The notes beneath the pieces were generated by a model. The model made no database searches. It saw nothing but the letters and a program-made list of their open reading frames with translations, and was not told the origin of the DNA. This document shows, one piece after another, positions 21,215-29,317 of a DNA stretch of 64,000 bases (positions are counted from its first letter, which is position 1; every line of letters starts with the position of its first letter). The position numbers were made by a program, and so were the translations under genes. The stretch spans positions 81,103 through 145,102 of the forward strand of contig CAVTJD010000010.1 of NCBI GenBank assembly GCA_963734995.1. The letters run 5' to 3'. The DNA comes from an uncultured Chloroflexia bacterium. GTDB lineage: Bacteria > Chloroflexota > Limnocylindria > Limnocylindrales > CSP1-4.

Positions 21215-22075
21215 GTGACGATCCATGCCCCCCACGACATGTCCGTGATGGACGACGGGCGGCTGGCGGCCGCCCTCGCGTCCGGAGCAGCCGAGACCCT
21301 GATGCAGCTGCGCGCGGATGCCGACGCGGGCCGGGTCGACACCCGGACGACCGGGCTTCGCGACGCGGGCGATGCCGGTGCGCAGGCCTGGCTGGCACGA
21401 GCGCTGGCCGAGGCTCGCCCGACGGACGCGGTGCTGTCCGAGGAGGCCGTCGACGACCGCCGACGCCTGACCGCCGAGCGCGTCTGGATCATCGATCCGC
21501 TCGACGGCACTCGCGAGTTCGCCGAGCGTACCGAGGAAGGCGGCTGGCGCGATGACTTCGCGGTGCACGTCGCGCTCTGGCAGCGAGGACGCGGGCTGAC
21601 CGACGCAGCGGTAGCGCTCCCGGCCCGGGGCATCGTCCGCGGGACCGGATCGACCGCGAACATCGGCCCTGCCCCCGCCGAGACCGACGACGAAGGTGTG
21701 CTCGCAGGCCGTCGCCCGATGCGGATCGCCGTCAGCCGCACCCGGCCCCCGTCGATCGCGGCCCGCCTCGTCGAGCGGGGCGTCGCGGAGCTCGTGCCGA
21801 TGGGGTCGTGCGGCGTCAAGACGCTGAGCGTCCTGGACGGCACGGTCGATGCCTACGTCCACGCCGGCGGCCAGTACGAGTGGGATTCGGCGGCACCGGT
21901 GGCCGTCGTCCGCGCCGCGGGGATCGTGGCCACCCGTCTCGACGGATCCGAGATCGCGTACAACCAGCCCGATCCCTGGTCGCCCGACCTGCTGATCTGC
22001 CGGCCCGGGCTGACGGATCACCTGCATGAGCTGCTGGTCGCCGCCGGGCTCGGCACCGAGGGATCCGAGACATGA
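21215..22075 (+). CDS. cysQ: 3'(2'),5'-bisphosphate nucleotidase, CysQ/inositol-monophosphatase family
   Basis: It has the IMPase metal-binding motif WIIDPLDGTREF and a WDSAAP block. Its stop overlaps the cysD start (ATGA). Confidence 0.7.
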   Translation: MTIHAPHDMSVMDDGRLAAALASGAAETLMQLRADADAGRVDTRTTGLRDAGDAGAQAWLARALAEARPTDAVLSEEAVDDRRRLTAERVWIIDPLDGTREFAERTEEGGWRDDFAVHVALWQRGRGLTDAAVALPARGIVRGTGSTANIGPAPAETDDEGVLAGRRPMRIAVSRTRPPSIAARLVERGVAELVPMGSCGVKTLSVLDGTVDAYVHAGGQYEWDSAAPVAVVRAAGIVATRLDGSEIAYNQPDPWSPDLLICRPGLTDHLHELLVAAGLGTEGSET

Positions 22076-22983
22076 CACCCCTGGTCCACCACGGGCTCAG
22101 CCAGCTCCGCAGCCTCGAGGCCGAGAGCATCCACATCTTTCGGGAGGTGGCTGCCGAGATGCAGAAGCCGTGCCTCCTGTTCTCTGGCGGCAAGGACTCG
22201 ATCACGATGCTCCACATCGCGCGCAAGGCGTTCGCGCCCGCGCGCATCCCGTTCCCCGTGATGCACGTGGACACCGGGCTCAACTTTCCGTCGATCCTCG
22301 CCTACCGCGACGGCTGGATCGAGAAGCTGGGCCTCAAGCTCGTGGTCGCCTCGGTCGAGGACGCGATGCGCCGGGGGCTGGTGAAGGAAGAGCCCAATGG
22401 CTCGCGCAACCGGATCCAGACCCCGGTCCTGCTCGAGGCGGCGGAGCAGAACGGCTTCGACGCCCTGTTCGGGGGCGGCCGGCGGGACGAGGAGAAGGCC
22501 CGCGCCAAGGAGCGCGTGTTCTCGTTCCGCGACGAGTTCGGCCAATGGGACCCGAAGAACCAGCGTCCCGAGATCTGGTCGCTGTACAACGGCCGCGTGT
22601 TCCCGGGCCAGAGCATCCGCGTGTTCCCGCTGTCCAACTGGACCGAGCTCGATGTCTGGACCTACATCCGCGAAGAGTCGATCGAGATCCCCGACCTGTA
22701 CCTGGCGGCCGACCGCGAGGTCGTCGAGCGCGGTGGCATGCTGTACGCGGTCAACCCGTTCATCGTCCCGCGCGACGGCGAGCCCGTGCAGGTCCGGCGT
22801 GTCCGGTATCGCACGGTCGGCGACGCGAACCTGACCGCGGCCGTGGAGTCGGACGCGGACACCGTCGACAAGATCGTGGCCGAGATCGCGGCCGTCCGGA
22901 TCACCGAGCGCGGCGCCACTCGCGGCGACGACAAGGTGAGCGAGGCGGCCATGGAAGACCGCAAGAAGGAGGGGTATTTCTGA
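22072..22983 (+). CDS. cysD: Sulfate adenylyltransferase subunit 2 (CysD)
   Basis: It has the PAPS-reductase-like fold with SGGKDS and full-length CysD conservation. Confidence 0.95.
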   Translation: MTPLVHHGLSQLRSLEAESIHIFREVAAEMQKPCLLFSGGKDSITMLHIARKAFAPARIPFPVMHVDTGLNFPSILAYRDGWIEKLGLKLVVASVEDAMRRGLVKEEPNGSRNRIQTPVLLEAAEQNGFDALFGGGRRDEEKARAKERVFSFRDEFGQWDPKNQRPEIWSLYNGRVFPGQSIRVFPLSNWTELDVWTYIREESIEIPDLYLAADREVVERGGMLYAVNPFIVPRDGEPVQVRRVRYRTVGDANLTAAVESDADTVDKIVAEIAAVRITERGATRGDDKVSEAAMEDRKKEGYF

Positions 22984-24251
22984 TGCCCGGCGAGCTCCTC
23001 CGATTCGCCACGGCCGGGTCCGTCGACGATGGCAAGAGCACGCTCATCGGTCGCCTGCTGTACGACTCCAAGTCGCTGTTCATCGATCAGCTGGCGGCGG
23101 TCGAGCAGGTCAGCCGCGACCGGGGCGACGACTACACCGATCTCGCGCTGCTGACCGACGGGCTCCGCGCTGAGCGGGAGCAGGGCATCACGATCGACGT
23201 CGCCTACCGGTACTTCGCGACACCCCGGCGGAAGTTCATCATCGCCGACACGCCCGGGCACACGCAGTACACCCGGAACATGGTGACCGGGGCCTCGACC
23301 GCCGACGTGGCGCTGATCCTGCTCGATGCGCGCAAGGGGATCACCGAGCAGAGCCGCCGGCACGCGTTCCTGGCCACGTTGCTGGGCGTGCCCCACCTCG
23401 TGATCTGCGTCAACAAGATGGACCTGGTCGACTTCTCCGAGGCGCGGTTCGACGAGATCCGCGGGGAGTTCGAGGAGTTCGCGACGCGGCTGCGCGTCCG
23501 CGACATGACCTTCATCCCGATCTCGGCGCTTCTGGGCGACAACGTCGTGACCCGCTCCGACCGGACGCCGTGGTACGACGGCTCGCCGCTCCTCAGCCAC
23601 CTCGAGCGGCTGCACGTCGCGAGCGACCGCAACTTCATCGACGTCCGGTTCCCGGTGCAGTACGTGGTTCGGCCCCAGTCGTTCGAGGTGATCGACTATC
23701 GCGGCTACGCGGGCACCGTGGCCTCGGGTGTGCTCAAGCCGGGCGACCAGGTGCTCGCGCTGCCCAGCGGCATGGAGACCACGATCGCGTCCATCGACAC
23801 CGCCGACGGCCCGGTGGCCGAGGCATTCCCGCCGATGGCGGTCACGGTCACCCTCACCGACGACATCGACCTCAGCCGCGGCGACATGCTGTGCCGCCCG
23901 CACAACGTGCCCAACGTTGCCCAGGACATCGACGCCCAGATCTGCTGGATGGATGAGAGCGCGCCGCTCACGGTCGGGCGTAAGTACGCGATCAAGCACA
24001 CCACCCGCTGGGCCAGGGTCCTGGTCAAGGCGCTCGAGTACCGCATCGACGTGAACACGCTCCACCGCGACGAGCAGGCGACCGAGCTCAGCCTCAACGA
24101 GATCGGGCGCGTTCAGCTGCGCTCGACGCAGCCGTTGTTCGTGGATGCCTACGTCGAGAACCGGCAGACCGGCGCGTTCATCCTGGCCGACGAGAGCACC
24201 AACCGGACGGTCGCGGCGGGCATGATCGGACGCCAGCCTGGGGGTTACTGA
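22983..24251 (+). CDS. cysN: Sulfate adenylyltransferase subunit 1 (CysN GTPase)
   Basis: The G1 motif GSVDDGKST, G3 DTPGH and G4 NKMD are present. Its ATG overlaps the cysD stop (ATGA). Confidence 0.9.
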   Translation: MPGELLRFATAGSVDDGKSTLIGRLLYDSKSLFIDQLAAVEQVSRDRGDDYTDLALLTDGLRAEREQGITIDVAYRYFATPRRKFIIADTPGHTQYTRNMVTGASTADVALILLDARKGITEQSRRHAFLATLLGVPHLVICVNKMDLVDFSEARFDEIRGEFEEFATRLRVRDMTFIPISALLGDNVVTRSDRTPWYDGSPLLSHLERLHVASDRNFIDVRFPVQYVVRPQSFEVIDYRGYAGTVASGVLKPGDQVLALPSGMETTIASIDTADGPVAEAFPPMAVTVTLTDDIDLSRGDMLCRPHNVPNVAQDIDAQICWMDESAPLTVGRKYAIKHTTRWARVLVKALEYRIDVNTLHRDEQATELSLNEIGRVQLRSTQPLFVDAYVENRQTGAFILADESTNRTVAAGMIGRQPGGY

Positions 24252-24340
24252 GCGGATCCCCGCGCCTGGGGCCGCCAGCCGGCGGCCTACTGAGCGGATC
24301 CCCGCGCCTGGGGCGCCCGACCCGGCTGGGCGCCGCAACG
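24235..24340. repeat. Tandem duplication (unit about 45 bp, 2 copies) that includes the last codons and stop codon of cysN (…tactgagcggatccccgcgcctgggg…)
   Basis: Read directly. Confidence 0.8.
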
Positions 24341-24371
24341 CCGCTGCGCAGCTGGCGTGCCAATCGGCGCG

Positions 24372-25649
24372 CTACAGCCGGGGCCGCACCGCCTTCCGGA
24401 GCGTGCGGTGCCGGGCAGTCGCCGGCAGCGACGTGCGGCGCAGCCCGGCGAACTCACGGTGGGCACGCAGCGCGGCGGCGAACGCGGCCACGAACGCCCC
24501 GTCGCCGGCCGCCAGCGGGTCGAAGCCCGGTTCCCACCACAGGCCGACCACGCGCAGCGTGCTCGATGCCCGGTCGAACCGCGGCTCGATCCGACCCACG
24601 AACCGGTCCCCGTACAGGACCGGCAGGACGTAGTAGCCGAAGCGGCGCTTCGCGGCCGGGACGTACACCTCCCACCGGTAGTCGAAGCCCCATAGCCTCG
24701 AGAGCAGATCCCGATCCCAGACCAGCGGGTCGAGCGGCGCCACGAACGTCACGCCCGGCTCCTGGCCCCCCGGGCGAGGCGGCGCCGCCGTTTCCGCCTC
24801 GGCCGCCACCTCGATCCCGGCGGCGTCGAGCAGCGGCAGCTCGTCGGTCACCACGAATCTGGGGCCACGCAGCCCCTCGACCTCGATCGCGGTGATCTGG
24901 CCCGACTCGACCAGGCCGTCGTGCACGACCCGCCGCTCGGGCGCCTTGCCCAGGCCCATCCATAGCGTGTAGTCACCGGTCGCCCCGAGCAGGCCGTTCC
25001 CCCGGTATCGCGACAGCAGCTTGTGTCGCAGCTGCTCCTCGGCCCGGACGTCGCGGGCCAGCAGGTCCGACGGAAACAATCGCTCGGTGAGGTCGTACAC
25101 CCGGCGATTGCCCTCACGCCGGGCGATCGCGAGGATGCCGGCCTCGGCCAGCGCCTCGAGCAGCGCCCGGACCTGGTTGGTCGGCCGCCAGTACCAGTCG
25201 ATCGCCGCGCGCGGCTCGACATCGGTGGACGACAGCGGCCCGTCGGCACGGATCCGGTCGAGGAGCTCCTCAACGAGCGGCGCATGCTCATCGAACGCCC
25301 CGCCGCGGTGCTCCTCGTGGGCCCGGTCCCAGGTGATCCGGTACCACGGCAGCTCGGCGGTGGGCACGAGCGACATCTGCTTGTTGTACGTCTCGTACAG
25401 GACACGGTCGCCGTACAGCAGCTGATCGGTCCAGGAACGCCGGTAGCCGTCGATCCGCGCCAGCAGGGTCAGGTCGTGGTTCCGGCCGGCCACCTCGAGC
25501 GGATCGAACTGCAGCGATCCCAGGCGGTCGACGACCCGCATCACCGACGCCGGCTCGGCGGCCAGTGAGCGCGGCGGAGCGAGCAGGTGGCGCCGGACGA
25601 GGAAGCGCCGCGCAGTCGCGGCGGAGATCCGGCGTGCGGGCGGGCTCAC
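24372..25649 (-). CDS. Winged-helix DNA-binding domain protein (DUF1006/YcaQ/AlkZ-like family)
   Basis: Its length and motifs (…GNRRVYDL…, PRFVVTDELPLLD, FGYYVLPVLYGDRFVGRIE) resemble the HTH_42 family. Confidence 0.55.
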   Translation of the reverse strand: MSPPARRISAATARRFLVRRHLLAPPRSLAAEPASVMRVVDRLGSLQFDPLEVAGRNHDLTLLARIDGYRRSWTDQLLYGDRVLYETYNKQMSLVPTAELPWYRITWDRAHEEHRGGAFDEHAPLVEELLDRIRADGPLSSTDVEPRAAIDWYWRPTNQVRALLEALAEAGILAIARREGNRRVYDLTERLFPSDLLARDVRAEEQLRHKLLSRYRGNGLLGATGDYTLWMGLGKAPERRVVHDGLVESGQITAIEVEGLRGPRFVVTDELPLLDAAGIEVAAEAETAAPPRPGGQEPGVTFVAPLDPLVWDRDLLSRLWGFDYRWEVYVPAAKRRFGYYVLPVLYGDRFVGRIEPRFDRASSTLRVVGLWWEPGFDPLAAGDGAFVAAFAAALRAHREFAGLRRTSLPATARHRTLRKAVRPRL

Positions 25650-25716
25650 GAGCGGGATCGTACGGGCTGCACGCGCCGGATCGTGTCAGGTTCCCGGCGT
25701 GGCAGCCGTCCGCCGG

Positions 25717-27873
25717 TCAGGCGTCCGAGGGCTGCGCGACGGACGAAGCCGACCGCGTCGCCACGTGATCGCCCGGATCACCCTTATCGTCGCTGGAAGA
25801 GGCGTCGATCTCGATCATCTCGATCACCAGGCGCCAGGTGGCCGAGATGATGGCGGCGATCGGGACCACCAGGAACATGCCCAGGATGCCGGCCACCGCG
25901 CCACCGATGGGCACCGCCAGCAGCACCACCGCGGGATGAAGGCTGAGCGCCTTGCCGTAGACGATGGGTGCCACGCCGCTCCCCTGGATCAGGTTGAACA
26001 CGACGGTGTACCCGGCCATGATCACGATGTCGGTGGTCGTACCGGCCGCCACGGCCACCAGGAACGCCAGGGCGGTGGCCACGAACGAGCCGATGTACGG
26101 GATGAACCCGCCAAAGAAGCTGAGGACGCCGATCGGGACCGCGAGCGGCAGCCCGAGGATGGCCATGATCAGCCAGCTCGTGACCCCGCCGAACAGGGAG
26201 ATCGCGGCCGTCCCCGCCATGTAGCCGGACAGCACGCTCACCGCCCGCTCCCCCGCCCGGTCCAGGCGCTCGCGTCGGGCCCCGTCCACGCGGCCCGTGA
26301 ACCCGTGCCACGCGGCCGACCCGTCGCGCAGGAAGAAGAACGTCAGCAGCAGGAACATGATCGTCCCGAGGGCGAACAGCAGCAGCGTCGCGAGCCACCC
26401 GCCGACATCGATCGTCATCGTGGACACGACCTCGGCCACCGCGTCCTCCAGCCAGCTGATGTCGAGGTCCGCGGCCCCGCGGATCGCCTCGTCAGCGATC
26501 TCCCGCAGCGGCCGCAACGTCCATGCGATCGAGGCGGCGAACGCGAACACCACCAGCACGGCGCCGCCGAGGGTGGTGGTCGCGGCGGCGGCCGATCGTG
26601 ACCAGCCGGCCCGCACCAGCCACTCCACCACGGGCAGCACGGTCGCGGCGATCACGATCGCGAGCACCACGGGCACGACGATGACCGGCAGCAGGACGAT
26701 GATCTGGACGGTCACCCATCCGACGCCCACGACGACCAGCCCGCGCCAGCTCCACTGCGCCAGCCGGTCGAGCCATGGAGGCACGCCCCAGGCGTCGGTC
26801 GTCGCCCGGTCGGCGGCCGGCCCCAGCCCGAGCGCGACAACGATCGACTTCATGACGGCGAGCAGGAACACGATCACCGGCAGCCCGGCCACCAGCCCCA
26901 GCACCCCGAACAACGCCGCCGAGGTCGGGATCGCAAGCGCCACGATGATCGGGCTGACATCGACCTCGGCGCCCAGCGAGGTGCCAGCGAGCAGGCGAGC
27001 CGCGACGATCGACGTCGCGGCCGCGGCCACCAGCACGATGACGGCGGCCGGCGTGCTCACGAGCGCCAGCGAGACGAGCACCAGGGTCACGGTCATGGCG
27101 ATCGCGCCCAGGTAGGGCACGAACCCGGCCAGGAACACCATGGCCGTGAGCGCTGCCACGTGCGGCACCCCCAGGAGCGTGAGCACGATCCCCATGGCGA
27201 TGGCATCGACCGCGGCCAGGACCGCGGTGCGGCGGACGTACCGGCTCACCCGGATCAGCCCCAGCGAGGCGCTCTCGGTCACGGTCGCGGCCTGCCACTC
27301 GGACAGCAGGTTCATCGCCCAGTCCCAACCCCGATCGCCGTCCTGGAGTAGGAAGAACACCAGGAAGAATGCGAGCACGAGCACCGTGCCCAGGGTGATC
27401 GCCGTCTCCCCCAGCGCGGCGGGATTGATCGAGACGAGCTCCCTGACCGAGTCAGCGAGCGAGCTCAGGGCGTCGATCGCCCAGCCCGGCGCGCCGAGCG
27501 ACGCCAGCTGCGCCGCGATGTCACGGATGCCCGCCACGGCGGCCTGCACGATCTCGCGCAGGGACGGGGCGATCGCGATCACCAGCAGCACCGTCACCAG
27601 GACGAGCGTCAGCGACGCGGTGCCGACCGCGATCGCCGCCGCGATCGAACGCGACAGCCCGCGTGCGCGAAGGCCCTGGACCGTCGGCGTCATGACCACC
27701 GCCACGAGCACGGACAGCAGGACCGACGCCGTCACCGTGACCAGCATCACGGCAACGGCCGCGATGACCAGGGCCATCGCGGCCGTCACGAGCAGGCGCC
27801 AGGCAACACTCGCCAGCCGGTCCAGCCAGACCGGCACCAGGCGTTGCGGAGGCGTGGGCGGCACCGAGCTCAT
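25717..27873 (-). CDS. AI-2E-family (PerM/UPF0118) transporter, tandemly duplicated and fused (two AI-2E modules, 718 aa)
   Basis: There are two repeats of an 8-TM-like pattern, each with the FxPYxG/FIPYIG signature (AGFVPYLG; GGFIPYIG). Confidence 0.75.
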   Translation of the reverse strand: MSSVPPTPPQRLVPVWLDRLASVAWRLLVTAAMALVIAAVAVMLVTVTASVLLSVLVAVVMTPTVQGLRARGLSRSIAAAIAVGTASLTLVLVTVLLVIAIAPSLREIVQAAVAGIRDIAAQLASLGAPGWAIDALSSLADSVRELVSINPAALGETAITLGTVLVLAFFLVFFLLQDGDRGWDWAMNLLSEWQAATVTESASLGLIRVSRYVRRTAVLAAVDAIAMGIVLTLLGVPHVAALTAMVFLAGFVPYLGAIAMTVTLVLVSLALVSTPAAVIVLVAAAATSIVAARLLAGTSLGAEVDVSPIIVALAIPTSAALFGVLGLVAGLPVIVFLLAVMKSIVVALGLGPAADRATTDAWGVPPWLDRLAQWSWRGLVVVGVGWVTVQIIVLLPVIVVPVVLAIVIAATVLPVVEWLVRAGWSRSAAAATTTLGGAVLVVFAFAASIAWTLRPLREIADEAIRGAADLDISWLEDAVAEVVSTMTIDVGGWLATLLLFALGTIMFLLLTFFFLRDGSAAWHGFTGRVDGARRERLDRAGERAVSVLSGYMAGTAAISLFGGVTSWLIMAILGLPLAVPIGVLSFFGGFIPYIGSFVATALAFLVAVAAGTTTDIVIMAGYTVVFNLIQGSGVAPIVYGKALSLHPAVVLLAVPIGGAVAGILGMFLVVPIAAIISATWRLVIEMIEIDASSSDDKGDPGDHVATRSASSVAQPSDA

Positions 27874-27914
27874 CGCTCAGCGGCAGTGTCGCCCACGCGG
27901 TTGCGCGACAGCGA

Positions 27915-28394
27915 TCAGCCGCCCATCGCCTTCTTCTTGAGCTCCTCGTACTCGGGGACGGTGATCGCCCCGGCCGCCTTGAGCTGGTTGAGCTTCTCGA
28001 TCTGGTCGGCGGGAGTCACCCCGGCCGCGGCACTCGCGGCGGCTTCAGCCCGGGCCATCATCTCGACGTCCTGCGCGGTGACCTTCGGGCGCATGAGCAT
28101 GTAGAGCAGCGCACCGAGGAACGGCAGGAAGAACAGCACGACGATCCAGATCACCTTCCAGCCACCCGACAGGTCGTTGCGACGGAAGATGTCCGCGAAG
28201 ATCGTGATGAAGATCCAGATCGCCATGAACCAGAAGAAGAAGAACACCATCGACCACACCACGTCCCAGAACGTGATGCTGTTGGTGCCGACCTGCGCGC
28301 AGCCCGCGACCAGCAGCGCGAGCGTCGCCAAGGCCGGCACGACCGGCCTTCCGAACAGAGCCCGCGCAGTCCTCTCCAAGACCATCTCCCTCAA
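27915..28394 (-). CDS. Small membrane protein with a PLD-nuclease N-terminal (PLDc_N) domain and a C-terminal SHOCT domain
   Basis: GWKVIWIVVLFFLPFLGALLYMLMRP is PLDc_N-like. IEKLNQLKAAGAITVPEYEELKKKAM is SHOCT-like. The start is uncertain (M at 28394, or MVLER), and LVAGC is a possible lipobox. Confidence 0.55.
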   Translation of the reverse strand: MREMVLERTARALFGRPVVPALATLALLVAGCAQVGTNSITFWDVVWSMVFFFFWFMAIWIFITIFADIFRRNDLSGGWKVIWIVVLFFLPFLGALLYMLMRPKVTAQDVEMMARAEAAASAAAGVTPADQIEKLNQLKAAGAITVPEYEELKKKAMGG

Positions 28395-28774
28395 CCTCCT
28401 GTCCCTGGATCGGCGCCCGGAGCGCCGATCGCTTGATCACGATACATCGGCGGGGGCTGCGTCATCCGCAACCGGCGACGCGTCCCGGCCTTCCCGCCCG
28501 GGGGTCAACCCTTCGTCCCGAACGCCAGTCCGGCGCCCGTCGAAGGGCGAGCCATGTCCCTGAAATCAGCGGATCCCCTCCTCCTCCTACGAGCGCATGC
28601 CGCGCGCGGCTGAGCGACGCCCGGGGACGGGCGGCGGAGCACTCCCGCTCGAACGCGGCGGAGTATGTCACACGCAGGGTCGCGGTCGCGTCGGTCACAT
28701 TGGCCGATCCGGTGTATCGTCTGTGGCTGATCATTTGGTATCACCGAACCATCAGTCACTCGCGAAGGAACAGG

Positions 28775-29317
28775 ATCATCTCCCACGACGATCGCTCGGC
28801 CACCATCGATTCTCTCGTCGCCGGCTTCGCACAGCTGATGCAGCGGCTGTCCGGCGCCCGTGCCTCGGAATTCCTCGAGATCGACGTGACCATGCCCCAG
28901 GCCAAGGTCCTGTATCTGCTTGCGGCCGCCGGGGAGCTGCGGATGTCCGACCTGGTCGCGCAGCTGGGCGTGTCGCTGTCGACCGTATCCGGGCTCGTCG
29001 ACAAGGTGGTCGATCACGGGCTGGCGGCCCGCCACGATGACCCCACCGACCGGCGGCACGTCGTGGTCTCACTGACCCCCGCCGGCCGAGCGATCCTCGA
29101 TCAATTCCATGAGCTCAACGCCTCACAGCTTCGCGATCTGCTCAGGCTCCTTGACGACGACGGTCTCAGCTGCGTCAACGCCGCGGTTGCGGCGCTGAGC
29201 AGGGCTGCCGACCGGTTCGTAGCCGGTTCCGGGGTCGCCACCACACCGTCAATCCATCCGGGCGCCGATGCCACCCGGCCTTCCTCGCCTCCCATCGACC
29301 GAAAGGATCCTGCATGA
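28775..29317 (+). CDS. MarR-family transcriptional regulator
   Basis: It has a wHTH (LYLLAAAGELRMSDLVAQLGVSLSTVSGLVDKV...DPTDRRHVVVSLTPAG). The start is uncertain: the first in-frame ATG is at 28838, and upstream there are only non-canonical ATC/CTG codons after a GAAGGAA RBS. Its stop overlaps the RND start. Confidence 0.6.
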   Translation: MISHDDRSATIDSLVAGFAQLMQRLSGARASEFLEIDVTMPQAKVLYLLAAAGELRMSDLVAQLGVSLSTVSGLVDKVVDHGLAARHDDPTDRRHVVVSLTPAGRAILDQFHELNASQLRDLLRLLDDDGLSCVNAAVAALSRAADRFVAGSGVATTPSIHPGADATRPSSPPIDRKDPA

